DNA from: Eledone cirrhosa | Taxonomy: Eukaryota | DNA: 64,000 nt | Reading direction: 5' to 3' | Assembly (NCBI GenBank): GCA_964016885.1 | Contig: OZ024743.1 | Coordinates: 151,466,001-151,530,000 of the forward strand | Part shown: piece after piece, positions 28,745 through 42,205 of the stretch | Layout of the letters: each line of letters starts with the position of its first letter | How positions within the stretch are numbered: position 1 is the stretch's first letter | Made by a program: the position numbers and the translations under genes | The notes under the pieces: model-generated | Database searches by the model: none | Told to the model about the DNA's origin: nothing | Seen by the model: the letters and a program-made list of their open reading frames with translations, nothing else

Positions 28745-29070
28745 AACTCCTAAGTGAGTCCTACGGGTGCCGTATTGACATACAGCATTTCTAGGGTATT
28801 TTCTAAACCTGGAGGATCCCATCTCCTCTCCAGGTCTGAATAAGCAGATTTCTTCCAGAGAAGGATAGAGAGAGTGAGAGAATGGAAGTGAGAAAGAGAT
28901 ACAGAGGAAGAATTGACACCAGTACTAAACTGGTACATTTTTTTTATCGACCTTGAATGGATGAAAATCAAAGTTGACCTTGGCAAGATTTGAACTCAGA
29001 GAACAGAGAGTTGAAATGAATGCTGCAAAGCACTCTCTCAGATGTTCTAATGGCTGCCAATCCACTGCCT
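28745..29070 (-). mobile_element. SINE family B
   Basis: Reverse-complement homologue of 20712-21040. Confidence 0.75.
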
Positions 29071-29276
29071 TACACACACCCGGAAAAAAATGGTAAACAC
29101 AGTTGGTTGTTATAAATAATAGCTTGGAAAATCAAGCAAACTACTCCTATAGAAGGGAAAAAAAGTGACTAGTAGCTGCTACAAGGAATTGAACCTCATC
29201 TTCCAGATAATGGCTGACTGCTCTAAACACTGAGCTAAACAGTCACTGACACACACACACACACATATATATATAG

Positions 29277-29328
29277 GACCCATCCCACCCTTGCAAGCAG
29301 GGAAAAGCGGATGTAAAATGATGATGAT
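29277..29328 (+). mobile_element. 50-bp RTE 3' terminus inserted in (TA)n
   Basis: GACCCATCCCACCCTTGCAAGCAGGGAAAAGCGGATGTAAAATGATGATG matches ~779-839. Confidence 0.8.
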
Positions 29329-29425
29329 ATATATATATATATATATATATATAAAGAAAAGGAGATGAAATCGAAAATGCAACTGGAGTCTTATTTTTTT
29401 TTTAAATATATATATTTATTTGGTT

Positions 29426-29463
29426 CCTTTACCGGTTTCGCAGTTCTTCTGCTTTTCAAAAGG
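29426..29463 (-). ncRNA. minimal type-I hammerhead ribozyme motif (U3-A8 core variant), mirror copy
   Basis: Exact reverse complement of 29534-29571. Confidence 0.7.
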
Positions 29464-29533
29464 TGAGTTGAGATGGAGGGTCTGTGGTTTTTCTCAGATG
29501 TGAGAAAAACCACAGACCCTCCATCTCAACTCA

Positions 29534-29571
29534 CCTTTTGAAAAGCAGAAGAACTGCGAAACCGGTAAAGG
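29534..29571 (+). ncRNA. minimal type-I hammerhead ribozyme motif (U3-A8 core variant)
   Basis: CCTT-TTGAAAA-GCAG(aagaa)CTGC-GAAAC-CG-GTA-AAGG. Stem I is CCTT/AAGG and stem III is the palindrome ACCGGT. AATAAA follows. Confidence 0.72.
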
Positions 29572-29702
29572 AACCAAATAAATATATATATTTAAAAAAA
29601 AAATAAGACTCCAGTTGCATTTTCGATTTCATCTCTTTTTCTTTATACTTTCACTCGTGTAGGACACCTCGGTTATTTTTCATTTTGTAAAAAAAACCTC
29701 AC

Positions 29703-29753
<51 letters not shown>

Positions 29754-30192
29754 CATACATACATACATACATACACACACACCACACTAGTAATTGATGA
29801 TGATATATATATATATATATATATATACATACATACATACACATAAACCACACCAGTAGTTGGTGCAGGTTGGTGTTTTGTTTTGCCAGGAGAGTTGTGA
29901 TATGGATTTGAAGGATGTGGTTTTTACTTTTCCTTGTACAATATGGGTCTGCCGTGTGGGGTCGAATGCAGGTTTATGCATTACATTTGTATTAGTTTGT
30001 GGATAGCTTTGGCTGTTCTGGATGTATTTACATACTAGTTAAGGTAATTGACAGTCTTAGTTACACACGCACACACATATAGTTTGGAAATTGCGTGGAG
30101 CATGAAACTCCTGGCCCTCGAGCCACTTGTGTAGTTTTGCAGCTACAATAAATTATATGTACACAGACACACACAGAGACATGCACTCACTA

Positions 30193-30225
<33 letters not shown>

Positions 30226-30234
30226 TGTAACTAA

Positions 30235-30265
<31 letters not shown>

Positions 30266-30274
30266 TGTAACTAA

Positions 30275-30307
<33 letters not shown>

Positions 30308-30371
30308 CTCACACACAATAGATATACAATTATACATACACACATATAGATACACACATACAATGAACCAG

Positions 30372-30423
<52 letters not shown>

Positions 30424-33400
30424 GACACTCACATAAATACAATGAACCAGATCATATATAAGTATATATATATATATATATATATACTTATCAGTTGAAT
30501 GGACAACCAGTGATAAATATTTGAATGGAACCAGATTCCTCAAAGATACAAAGCGCATATAGTAAAAAAAATAAACATGATAACCCAGTAAACTCTTCAA
30601 CTGAAACTAATAGCTTCTCATAGCACTCTAGCTGCGTGCTTAGTTTTAGTAAATATTTTAGCATTCACTATCAGGATATTTTTTTTTTGTTGCATTCAAT
30701 TCTATACTCAAATTCTCATACTGCTAATACAGCAAATTTTGTTTCAGCATTTCATTTCTTATAGTAAAAGTTAGACTCCTACTTTTATCTCATTGGAACC
30801 CATTATGTAACATAAATCAACTGTATATTCAGAGATATGATGATGATCATCATCATCATTTTTTACGTCTGTTTCTCCATGCTGGCATGAATTGGAGAGG
30901 TCATTTTGAAGCCATTTCTGATTCCAACAAATTCAGTCACTTTTTACAGCATACAGGGTTATCATGCACTATTCTAAAAACCAAGATACACACAGTATAA
31001 CTGATATATATTGGTATTTACTAACACACACACAGCTACACTATATTATAATTTCCCTTATTTTTAAGTAACTGTGTCAGGGAATCGAATTATAATATTA
31101 TTAGTTTCATCCAGTGGATTGTGGCCATGCTTGATCACTATCATAAAAAATAATGATGCATATTGTATACAAATATATTTTTCTTAGGCATTATTCTGAC
31201 AATGAGACACATTATTCGTAGTTTTCCAGTTTATATAAACTGAGCAGTAAGGAGATATGGGATGGGTACTCTTAGCTCTTGAATAATAACCCCCACACTG
31301 CTTATTAATTTTTCAGATATTTATCCAACCACCCCCTGCTCTTATTCTACCCCCACATGACAAAATGTACATTACTAGAAATCCCATGCATTATAAAATG
31401 AATAAGATAGGTTGTGGTCACAATATATAATTTTAATAACTAATTCTGTTTTTTTTTTAAATCAACAGACAACCTAGAAAAATTACTGATTCCCTCTACC
31501 ACCCGCTTATTCCACCTCTGCTATTATTTGAGACCTGAGAATAAGTCTATTTAATATTTAGTTTGAATTGTTGGCATTTATTGGTTTGAGGATGTAAGCT
31601 GGAAGTAGGTTCTAGAGGGTTGCATTCTCATATAGACAGATTATGTAAACTGATTAGCAGAGAGTATGGGAGGTGAGAAAAATATGTGAGTAATAGGAAG
31701 AGGTGAGTTTATGTTTAGGTTTCTGTGTGTGGCAGGGGGGATATAATCACATATAATTCTCCAGATGTGTGAACAGTAGAAATATACTTTTGAAAGCTTT
31801 ACAATAAATATTTATTGAATAAGATAGCAAATATCTAAAACTATTGCCAGTTATACCATAGATAACAGTACCCACACGGATATTCTCTAATTGTGGTGAA
31901 AGGTAACATTCTATAAAGCAAAAGTCAAGACATTCCTAATTTCATCATAAATAAACAGATATCACACTGAGAATGTTATTAATGTATACATTAAACAATA
32001 TGCCAAACTAAAATGAAGTTCCCTCCATTTACAAACTATTGCTAGAATACTTTCAAATAAAAAATAAAATAAAAACATATTTTACTAGTTTTTTTTTTAT
32101 AGCTATGTCAGAGGAAGAAGGACATTTCATGTGGCCTCTCAAATTGGTGGAAGGAAGTTATTCTCAGACTAGATAACTGACCCAAATATTTTCAACTGAG
32201 TGAATTATGATAAAGGCACTCAATAGCCAGGATATGCTGTTAAAACAGGTAACAATATGAATTATTTTATCCAAGAGCAAGAACTGTCCAGCCAACTGTC
32301 TTCCACATAGGTTTTTGTCTACTAAATTTCCACCACAGGGCTTTGGTCAAATCTGAGGCTATGATAGAAGACACTTGCAAAGGTGTTACACAGTATTATC
32401 AAAGTAGGAACCACATAGTTGCAAAGCAAAATTCTTAATCACTTAGACATACATGCTTTTTGGTTTTGAAATTGGTTTTTGGTTTAGCCATTATTTTTAT
32501 AACCATGAGGTCAAAAAGAATTGTATATTAATAACACTGTTTAATTGAAGTAGAACTTTCAGGAAATTAGAATATTTAGAAATCAAATAGCTGTATTTTA
32601 AAACAATGTTCCAATTGAAGCATGGTCATTAATCAGAACAACTGTTATATTCATGGAACTTGAAAAATAACCAAATTTATATATAACTACTTCATAGATT
32701 GACACAACACATCTGAGATTATCTATAGTTCTAAATAATACAAAACTCTCCATTTCACAGTGTTCATATTTAAATCTAAGCCTTCCATCATAATTTGCTA
32801 TAACAACCTTTTTGTCAAGATATATATCAGACATCAGCTTGATGATATAGAAAGTTATTTTACTAAATCTCCAAATTCTTTACTATATTTAAAATTAATT
32901 GAAACATATAAACAGTGTAATTCTTTAGAAATATAATCACAAAATAGTGGAAGAGTTCTCTTTACTCGTGAGATTAAATTGAAAGGGATTAGTCAAATAT
33001 GTCTTTTTCTTTATTGCTTAGTTAGAAAGGAAAGTATACCCCCATGTCCCTTTTATTTTTTTCAGAGGAGACATGTCTTGAAACCAGAGGTTAAACCAAG
33101 CAAGAGATAATGTTTACCACCCAAATGGACCAGAGTGGGATTTGAACTTGGAGTGCAAAAAGTTGGAAGAAAAACTGCAAGACATCTAGGGCTCTAACAA
33201 CTTCTCCAGTTCACTGCCCTAAAACGGTACAACTGCAGGAGGAATATCAAAATTGAACTTGACAGAATTTGAACTCAGAATGCAATGTGCCAGAATAGAT
33301 AGTACAAAGGGTTAGATTCTGTCAATTAGTCTAGACATATTTCTCTTGGAATATGCAACACAAAGCAAACAACCTAGACTAATATTTATGCATGTATCTG

Positions 33401-33728
33401 GGACGTTTTTGCTTATGTCTTTTTCTATATATTTGTTTATACATTTCCAAAGCATTATTATTATTATTATATGTAAGGTTTGTAACAACAAAGTTAAATT
33501 CCTAGTCTAACCATATGGATTACATTACTAACTGCACTTACTGATCTTGTATCTTATTGTTTACGTTGTATTTACTGAATGGAATTGGCTGTTATTTTGT
33601 TTAACCATCAATGCATTAATAATCCTTTTTGAATGAATCAATAGTGTTATAATATAGAAAAGATTTATAACCCCAATGCTATTCATAAAATAAAAATTAA
33701 AAGATTACTATATACACACACACACATA

Positions 33729-33778
<50 letters not shown>

Positions 33779-33818
33779 CACACAGACTGAAACCACTTGG
33801 TGTTGCAATCAGGATTTT

Positions 33819-33887
<69 letters not shown>

Positions 33888-34479
33888 AAGGAGGTTGTAC
33901 CCAAAGTAACAAGCACAAAGGAAAGTTTTCATTGTTGTTATGCCACATTTAACAAATCTTAAAACTATAATTTCAGAATTAGGTAGGTGTGTGTGTGTGT
34001 GTAAGTGTGTGTGTCTATTCGATTCTATTTCCACCAGATGCACACATATTATGTTACAGTAAAAAGATACATCCACTGATTAAAAAATAAACAATCCAGA
34101 ATTATGTAAATACATTTGAATATTTGAGTGTTACTGAAATGAATTGGTTAAAAAACAAAAGAAAATGAAGCTTGGAAACATTTGGGAAAAATATTTTTTT
34201 AAAAATTCAATTACATAAACACCTAGAGGGTTCAAATCAAGTTATACAATACAACTACACTGTGTTTAACTCATACTACCATAATAGGATTTTTTTTTTC
34301 TTTGCTAAGTAAATCATTGAATTACAAATACTATTCAAAAATGTTTAAGTTGCTAGTCTCTAACAAAATTACAAAAGAAAATTTAAGGAATTTTTCATGT
34401 TTGTGTCAACTTTGCTTTTCATAACTCCACAGTTAATGAAATGATTAAACATAAAAAATAATCAATTATATTCACTTAT

Positions 34480-35002
34480 TACATCAGAAACAGTCTTGTC
34501 TGATTATCTTTTATAGACATCTTTCCACTGACCTATACGGCAAGGTCCCATATAGAATAACAGTCTGATGAAGGATTATAATCCCAAAACACTCACTAAG
34601 TGAACGATACGAACCCAGCAGCAGTTCAAGGTAACTAGACTAACAGTAATCCTAACCCTAACCCTAATTATAATTCTAACATTAACTCTTACACACTCAT
34701 CTTTCTACACCTCGATCTTCACCTAAAAAAAAAAACAATAAAACACAAAACACATACCTATTTTAAACAAGTTTTATCTTGTTTATTTTATTTCATTTTA
34801 TTCTAACTTTTGCCTCTCAGTTCCCTATAACTTACTTTCTTACCTTGTCCTGAAACCGTATGCACTGTAAAATAAATTACATAACCCACTCTCTCTTTCT
34901 ATGTAAAAATCACTAAATAGTTGCTCCGAAGAATCCAAACCTCGGTTTGGAGGAAACAATTGTAAGCAAATAAATGATTTAAACTGAACTTTGATTCATG
35001 TA

Positions 35003-35010
<8 letters not shown>
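34480..35010 (+). mobile_element. PLE 3'-terminal fragment (non-coding) ending in (TA)n
   Basis: Pyrimidine/AT-rich segment ending in a hammerhead, AATAAA and (TA)n. The hammerhead is of the same type as at 54703. The 5' boundary is uncertain. Confidence 0.6.
34921..34969 (+). ncRNA. minimal type-I hammerhead ribozyme motif (U4C variant)
   Basis: TTGCT-CCGAAGA-A-TCCAAAC(ctcg)GTTTGGA-G-GAAAC-AATT-GTA-AGCAA. Stem III is the palindrome ACAATTGT. Confidence 0.78.
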
Positions 35011-35075
<65 letters not shown>

Positions 35076-35992
35076 AGAGCGAGTTGAAAAACTTTGATCA
35101 ACAGAGATTATCCAAGCCGATAGCTGTTTCTAAATTTTAAACACATCTAGTGGTACTTTCCCTCAGCTACATTATTGATATTCATAATCATCATTATTGC
35201 AATGGTTCATTGAGAAGGTGTTAACATGTCCATAGCTTTCACCCGTTGACTATAAAGATCAGATCTACTGCCATCTTTATTGGATGTAACTCCAATGACA
35301 TTAATTAAGCTTATTGTACTCAGTTAACAAAGTTAAATATTTTTGTATTGTTACTGAGTTTTAAGGAAGTTAGTTGCCAGAAAGAAAAATTAGAAAGCAT
35401 GCTACAAATTGTAATATATTGGGTTGTAATATAAATTCCCACTGTTGTTATAAAACTTCCTAATAAAAAACGGCGGGAATTTGTTACAACCCAATACAAA
35501 CAATAGGTTCTCCTCTGACAGGTCTAGGATGACTGCAAGTTCAAATAAGAACCGATTCAGACTATAACACTGCATCAAACCCATGCAAGCTTGGACAACA
35601 AGCATAATATGATGAAGAGGATGAAGGAATGCGTTTTGTTAGGTATGGAAGCTCAACAGCAAAAGCATGCCAACAGCTGTGCAGACCTACTATCAGAAAA
35701 CTATTTTTTCCAGCCAGTGGCACTCTGGTGGCTTACCTTACCAATATATAAGGTGATGCTTGTGAGGGTGCTTGATTATTCCAATGCCTCAACTTCACTA
35801 TCACCTGCAACAATGCTGCAAGGGTCTTGGCTTGCCACAAAATTTATTAAAGGGACCTCCAACACCTTCTGTAGTGTGTAATTCACTGTACATGTCTACT
35901 CCCAACCTTTTCCTACTTTCGTTTTTTTAGTTTAATTTCTCTCTGATTATTTCTGTCTGAAAATCGTTAATGTTTGAATTATAGATTATGAA

Positions 35993-36619
35993 TCATTATC
36001 TTCATTTAACATCCATCTTCCACGCTAGCATGGGTTAGACGGGAGTTATCCCACTTGAGGCAAGGTTGGTTGGGTGACCGTGTCTCGCTCAGATAGAACT
36101 ATCTGGCAGGTTTTCTACAGCTGGATGCCCTTCCTAACAACAACCACATTTACAGTGTGGAACTGGGAACTTTTTACACGGCCACATTACAGCGTGGACT
36201 GTGTGTTTTTTTGTTGCGACACCTACACGATCTCGATCTCATTATCTCATTTATTTGGACTGGATGTTGTGGTACCAACTTTACAGAGAGAGGGTGGTGT
36301 TGGTGGGAGTGGGAGGATAGGGTAGAGGTAGTGGATTGGGGTGTATATTTCGTTAAGAGGTGCCTACTGACTATAGGTTTCGCTTTGTACATAGGCAAGG
36401 CGGGTCTTCTGTATTACTGCGTAGCACCAAAGATCTCGGTCCAGTGACATTGTCTTATAGAGCTGCAAGTGTGTAAGGTCGGAATTTATCAAATCATCCC
36501 AGGTTTTTCTGGGTCTGCCTACTCCGTAACTACCATCAATTTTGATCGCCCTGCACTTTTTTATACAGCTGTCGTCTTTCATGCGCATCACGTGGCCATA
36601 CCAACGTAGTCTTCTCTCA
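35993..36619 (-). mobile_element. RTE 3' fragment with long 3' UTR
   Basis: [44 protein letters not shown]. Near-identical family copy at 48797-49416. Confidence 0.9.
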
Positions 36620-37483
36620 AATAAACAGCATGAATAAGTATATATATTATTTGTCATAATCTTGTTAAATATAAAATAAATTTACATACTAGGATTTACT
36701 TATCTAGAAACCTGCACTGACCTTTGACTGTTAAACATAATATTTTATTTGAGCCATAGTGCATCAAGTAGCACCTTTAATAGTGTTTGAGTAAGTTATT
36801 ATGCATCTATTGCAACACACAGTAGTACAAAATCTTATTCTACCAGAGTAGTATAACAATGATTTATATGGAGTCATTGAGGACGCCTCTATGTGAATCA
36901 TGGGAGGATACCTCTATGTTATTGCTCAACTCACTAGAATTAGTATAAACATCTCTATCAAATCACAGCCTACAGTCTTAAAAATTGAAAGACTCATTAG
37001 ATAGTGCTGTCCTAGATTGGATATGACTAAATAAAATATAGCTTGGTCACAACTGGAATACCTATATTCATAGACCTACAAGATCAAGGTTGACCTGCAT
37101 GCAAACAATCACAACTAATTATACACAATTGCCATACTATAGTTGCTTTCTTCCTTCCGAATAACTAACACCAATAATCCAATAAACCAATTACTGTTAA
37201 ATTGTTACAACCATAATTTACTGTTATATCTCTGAACAATATAAAAGTGAATAACGAATACAAAACAACATGTTATAAATGGCTTGACTGCTATAACCCA
37301 TCACCTTAAGATAGTTTATAACATTCATAAATTATGGTAATGGCAACAACTTTACCATATTCTGAATATCCACTATAACATGCTTTATACTGGTTAACAA
37401 CTTAAGAGATTTGAATAGTTATTAAATCAGATTTTAAAACATACATTTTTGTTTCAAAGACAACAAAGAAAGAGAAGTATAAT

Positions 37484-37669
37484 TGTTTCTACTTTTGGCA
37501 CAAGGCCAGCAATTATATCAGTGTATTACTGGTACTTTATTTTATCGACCCCGTAAGGATGAAAAGCAAAGTTAACCTCAGCGGGATTTGAACTCAGACA
37601 ATAAAGGGCCATAACTCTTTGCTGCAAAGCATGGCGTCAGACCCTCTACCGATACTGCCAATCCACCGC
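37484..37669 (-). mobile_element. SINE family A with 18-bp TSD
   Basis: AAGAAAGAGAAGTATAAT occurs at 37466-37483 and 37670-37687. Confidence 0.92.
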
Positions 37670-38047
37670 AAGAAAGAGAAGTATAATGAAGGATATACAT
37701 ATTTTCCTGTGGATAATGTTTCTGATGGCTCAACATCCAAATTTTTGTGCTAGCTTAACTTCCAGGATTCTGGAATTTTAAATATTTTGTACACTTCTCA
37801 GGGACAGGTGTAGATGTTGTTTGTGAATAACTTTGATCAGCTTTGAAGAAATGGGCAGGCATATAAGAGAGTGTACTGTATTATAGAGTGTACTCTTCGG
37901 TCTTACCAAGTACATAATAAGCTCTCTAGTATTAGGACTATTATGCTATTATTATAATTATGCTGAGGGTTGACATGATTGACTTTCCTCTTTTCCCTAA
38001 ATTGCTGACCTTGTGCTTAAACAGAAGCCATTATTATCATTATTACT

Positions 38048-38240
38048 GGGCAGTGGATTGACAGTATCGGTAGAGGGTCGGACGCCATGCTTTCCAGCAT
38101 AGTTATGTCCCTTTACGATCTGAGTTCAAATCCCGCCGAGGTTGACTTTGCCTTTCATCCTTACGGGGTAGATAAAATAAAGTACCAGTAATGCACTGGG
38201 TAATTGCTGGCCTTGTGCCTAAAGTAGAAACAATTATTAT
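38048..38240 (+). mobile_element. SINE family A
   Basis: Full head, core and tail. Confidence 0.9.
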
Positions 38241-39334
38241 CATTATTTTACAAATATATATACCTAAAAATAGTGTTGATAAGTAAGTGGTATCGATTGA
38301 TTGAGCTTCATGAATGAATTAAATGAATTTATGGAACACAAAAGACTTATATAATAAGAATTTTGACTGTAGAAAGGAAACAGACAAAGCTGCTATGCCA
38401 TGTGGTCAGGGTAAGAAATTACAGAACAAAAGAAAATTGTGGAATCTCAGAAAGACTATCCAAGTACCATAATGTTAGGCACATAGTGTACAGTCAACAG
38501 ATGTTGAGTTAAAAAGCAGCAAAATTTATGATGAGGTTTAACTATGGTATACCCTCTATTTTAGAGAACTTACAATAAAAGATTCATGGAAATATTCTGT
38601 GCTACTGCCTATCCATTTTTGTTCAATATAGAAAAAAGCCATTAGAAACAGAGCTGAAAATGATGACTATGATGATGTAATAAAACATAAGAAAATGGAA
38701 AGAATTAAATATTCATTGTAAGTAAAATTTTAAAAAAAAAATATATATATATATATATATTAAATTAATTTCAGTTGAATTTCTATAATGTACAATTTTC
38801 ATTTATTTTAAAATTTTATTTGTGTTATATTTTTGCCTCTGGGGAAATGTTTATGAAATTCCAAAATGTTTACTATTGCTTATATTTCAGTTCCAAACAT
38901 GAATCAATTAAGGACACTTTAACTGACTGCAAGGAAAGCTTGATATTATAAGTTAACTTCATGTTGAATTTGATATGTTTATTTAGCAATGTACAAAATG
39001 TAAAGAAAAATATATTCCTGCCAACAATGAAATGTACCAAGCTGTTAACATCTAAAGAAAATAGGTTATCATTAAGGAAATATGTGGTATACTGTGCAGA
39101 AGCAGTATTTAAGAGTATATAAAATAAAACAGGATATATTATTCAAAAAGCACGTGGGTGAAAACACGGGAGACAAACACAAGAACAATTCCCACTCATC
39201 TTCTGTGGATCATTAAAGATAGTATGTTATATAACAATAATCTTTTGTAAAAAGAAAAAAAAACACTCATACTATTCTATAGATTTTTATAAAGATGTAG
39301 CATTATACAAATAATAATTAATTACTAATTAGTT

Positions 39335-39600
39335 TGTAAGAAAAGGGAAAAACTCAGCATAAGTAAGGTGTTAAAACTGCATTGGGTAAAACAATACTTC
39401 GAAGGACAGAAATCAGCAGCTCAAAATTAGTTGATTTCTTCGAGTCGCTGATTTCTGTCCTTCGCGGTAACGTTTTACCCAACACCGTTTCAACAGCATT
39501 TTGCTGTTTTAACAGCTTCTTTACGCTGAGTTTTTCCATTTTTCTACGAATTCTAATACACTCGTATTTCAAAACTCAATATTCGAGTTAATTTTGTTTA
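39335..39600. mobile_element. foldback/MITE-like element
   Basis: Imperfect inverted arms at 39346-39422 and 39443-39537. Flanked by the direct repeat TACTAATTAGTT (39323-39334 and 39601-39612). Confidence 0.6.
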
Positions 39601-40289
39601 TACTAATTAGTTATTTTTTAACTTAATTCAATAAAATTAACTAAAATCATGTTTGGTAAAATGGTAAAAAGAAATAGAATTTAATTTTAGAAAAGCTCTA
39701 TATATTTGGATAAGAGGATCTAGTACTCTGTAATCTAGTTTGTTGGGAAAATAATTAACAACTGGATTGTAAGAGAAGGATCTAGTTTCTAAATGATTAA
39801 CGTTTTTCAAGTATTAATATACATTTTCTCTGCATTGATGAGATAACTCAGAATTTTTAACAAGAAGAAAGAATAGCCTGCAAAAGAGAAAAGAAAATGC
39901 TCATCACGAATGATTGCTCACATTCTGTGACACTTTTAACACTTCAGCTATGAATATAATATAACCTGACATTCAACAATTAATTGATCTTCAACAGAGA
40001 TATTAATAATGTTCATTCAAAACTTATCTTTTACTAGTTGACATATTTTTAAATGAGGAAGCTAGGAGAAGCAATTACATTTAATCTATATTTAAAGTGA
40101 ACAAAGATAATTTCTATTTATTATGATCTAGTCAAAATACTAAATGGTAATACAAGAAAATAAGCAAGAATTGATATCTACAAAGATAAAAATTAGAAAA
40201 TAAAATTATTTGACATAAAATAGTCTGCCGATTGTGAATGCTAGAGAATAAAAATTTCCAAAAGGCAACTTAAGTGTTTCATTGTAAAT

Positions 40290-40479
40290 AATTGTTTCTA
40301 CTTTTGGCACAAGGCCAGCAATTATCCCAGTGTGTTACTGGTACTTTATTTTATTGACCTCATAAGGATGAAAGGCAAAGTTAACCTCAGCAGGATTTGA
40401 ACTCAGATTATAAAGGGCCATAACTCTTTGCTGCAAAGCATGGTGTCCGATCCTCTACCGATACTGCCAATCCACTGCC
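40290..40479 (-). mobile_element. SINE family A
   Basis: Full copy, flanked by TTTCATTGTAAA on both sides (TSD). Confidence 0.9.
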
Positions 40480-40621
40480 TATTTTCATTGTAAATAATGA
40501 TTAGATGAAGAGCTACTTAGACTACATACTATAGATAAATCAAAAGTATTAATGTATATTTTATCAACAGAAAACACCTGAACAAGAAAATGAGGATTGA
40601 AGAAGCATTAAATTCATATTA

Positions 40622-40806
40622 TGGATTGGCAGTATCGGTAGAGTGTCGGACGCCATGCTTTCCAGCATAGTTATGTCCCTTTACGACCTGAGTTCAAATC
40701 CCGCTGAGGTTGACTTTGCCTTTCATCCTTACGGGGTCGATAAAATAAAGTACCAGTAATGCACTGGGTAATTGCTGGCCTTGTGCCTAAAGTAGAAACA
40801 ATTATT
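40622..40806 (+). mobile_element. SINE family A
   Basis: Full copy. Confidence 0.9.
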
Positions 40807-41229
40807 TTACTATGGAAATCTGCATGTGCATCATTTTAAATATTCATATGCTTAGTATCAATTCATGATCTATTTTTGTACAGAAGTATAACCTAATTGA
40901 CAATAAGCGTGATAAATTGTTCATTCCTTTTAACCTGGATAGACCAACATTTGAAGAAAGTTATTGATTGCATAATAGAATTGTCTCTTGGAGAAAGTGT
41001 GTACTTGTAATAACTACTTCACCACTTGCTGTTTCATCAGGATTCATTATTATCTAATTTTTATCAGTTCTGAAGAATCCAAGCTTATGCTACTATGCAG
41101 CACTACATCATGATTAAGTTATTCAACTTTATTTAACCAGACATGGCCATATAGTTAAAACAGTGACTTCTCCATCATGTGAATGATACTGGCTGGACAT
41201 AAATTATATAGAAGCCTTTAAATAGGCTG

Positions 41230-41990
41230 TGACTCGTGACCTGGGCATTACTGTCAGCAGCAATTTGCGTTGGACAAAGCACATCTCTAAAATTGTCAAG
41301 AAGGCCGAGGGTGTCTTGGCATCACTCAGCAAGACCTTTGTTAGCCGCTCTCCAGCCATCTATTTAGAGCTGTATACAGCTATGGTATGACCACACTTGG
41401 AATTTGCATCATCAGTCTCGAACCCCTATCTTGTTCAGAACATTGACCTCCGGGAAACTGTTCAGAGACATGCAACCAAGCACATACCCTCCATCAGACA
41501 CCTACCATACCCTGAACGCCTTGCTTCTCTGGCCATGGATTCATTCAAGCTCCGGCGTCTGGCAATGGACTTGGTAAACACCCACAAAGTTATTAACCAT
41601 CTCGCAAACAACAACCCTGAGCACCTTTTTGATCTCCATGTGTCTAACACACGTGGACATGCCTACAAAGTCAGAAAACAGCACAGCTCCCATGACTTTC
41701 GGAAACATATTTTCACGCTTACTACATATTTTCATGCTGAAGCATGGCATAAACTGCCTGCGTCAGTTGTTAGCTGCCGAGACACTGCATCCTTTAAAAC
41801 CCTCATGCTTCCTGAAATTTGCCAAAACTACACCTGATGTCCCCCTTCCATACACATGCACACATGTGTATATCATGACTCATGCACTGTTAATTTTCCT
41901 GACGTTTGTACATTACCCTATGTACTATACACACACTTTTGATGAGTTGTAGTGCACCTGAGCACTGTACACAATATTTTCATTATTATT
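41230..41990 (+). mobile_element. CR1-group LINE 3' fragment
   Basis: RDLGITVSSNLRWTKHISKIVKKA..LYTAMV*PHLEFASSVSNPY..ETVQRHATK..YPERL..RRL..NTRGHAYK, followed by an (ATT)n tail. Confidence 0.9.
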
Positions 41991-41997
41991 AAATAGA

Positions 41998-42205
41998 AGG
42001 CGGTGGATTGGCAGTATCGAAGGCGGTGGATTGGCAGTATCGGTAGAGGGTCGGACGCCATGCTTTCCAGCATAGTTACGTCCCTTTACGATCTGAGTTC
42101 AAATCCCGCCGAGGTTGACTTTGCCTTTCATCCTTACGGGGTCGATAAAATAAAGTACCAGTAATGCACTGGGTAATTGCTGGCCTTGTGCCTAAAGTAG
42201 AAACA
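41998..42205 (+). mobile_element. SINE family A with duplicated 5' end, inserted in the CR1 tail
   Basis: GAAGGCGGTGGATTGGCAGTATC occurs twice in tandem. TSD is ATTATTATTAAATAGAAG. Confidence 0.9.

Larger units (their letters stand above)
29350..29647. repeat. near-perfect palindrome (147-bp arms, 4-nt spacer, 1 mismatch); inverted Penelope-like terminal repeat
   Basis: Arms are 29350-29496 and 29501-29647 with spacer GATG. Each arm carries a hammerhead motif. Flanked by (TA)n. Confidence 0.92.

Noticed and set aside
34561-34600. CTGATGA-AGGATTATAATCCC-AAAAC hammerhead-like motif
   Set aside because: GAAA is replaced by AAAA, and no stem III or stem I closure follows. At best a dead remnant.
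34651-34667. (CCCTAA) telomeric-type repeats
   Set aside because: Fewer than three units, too short to call an interstitial telomere or telomere-primed insertion.
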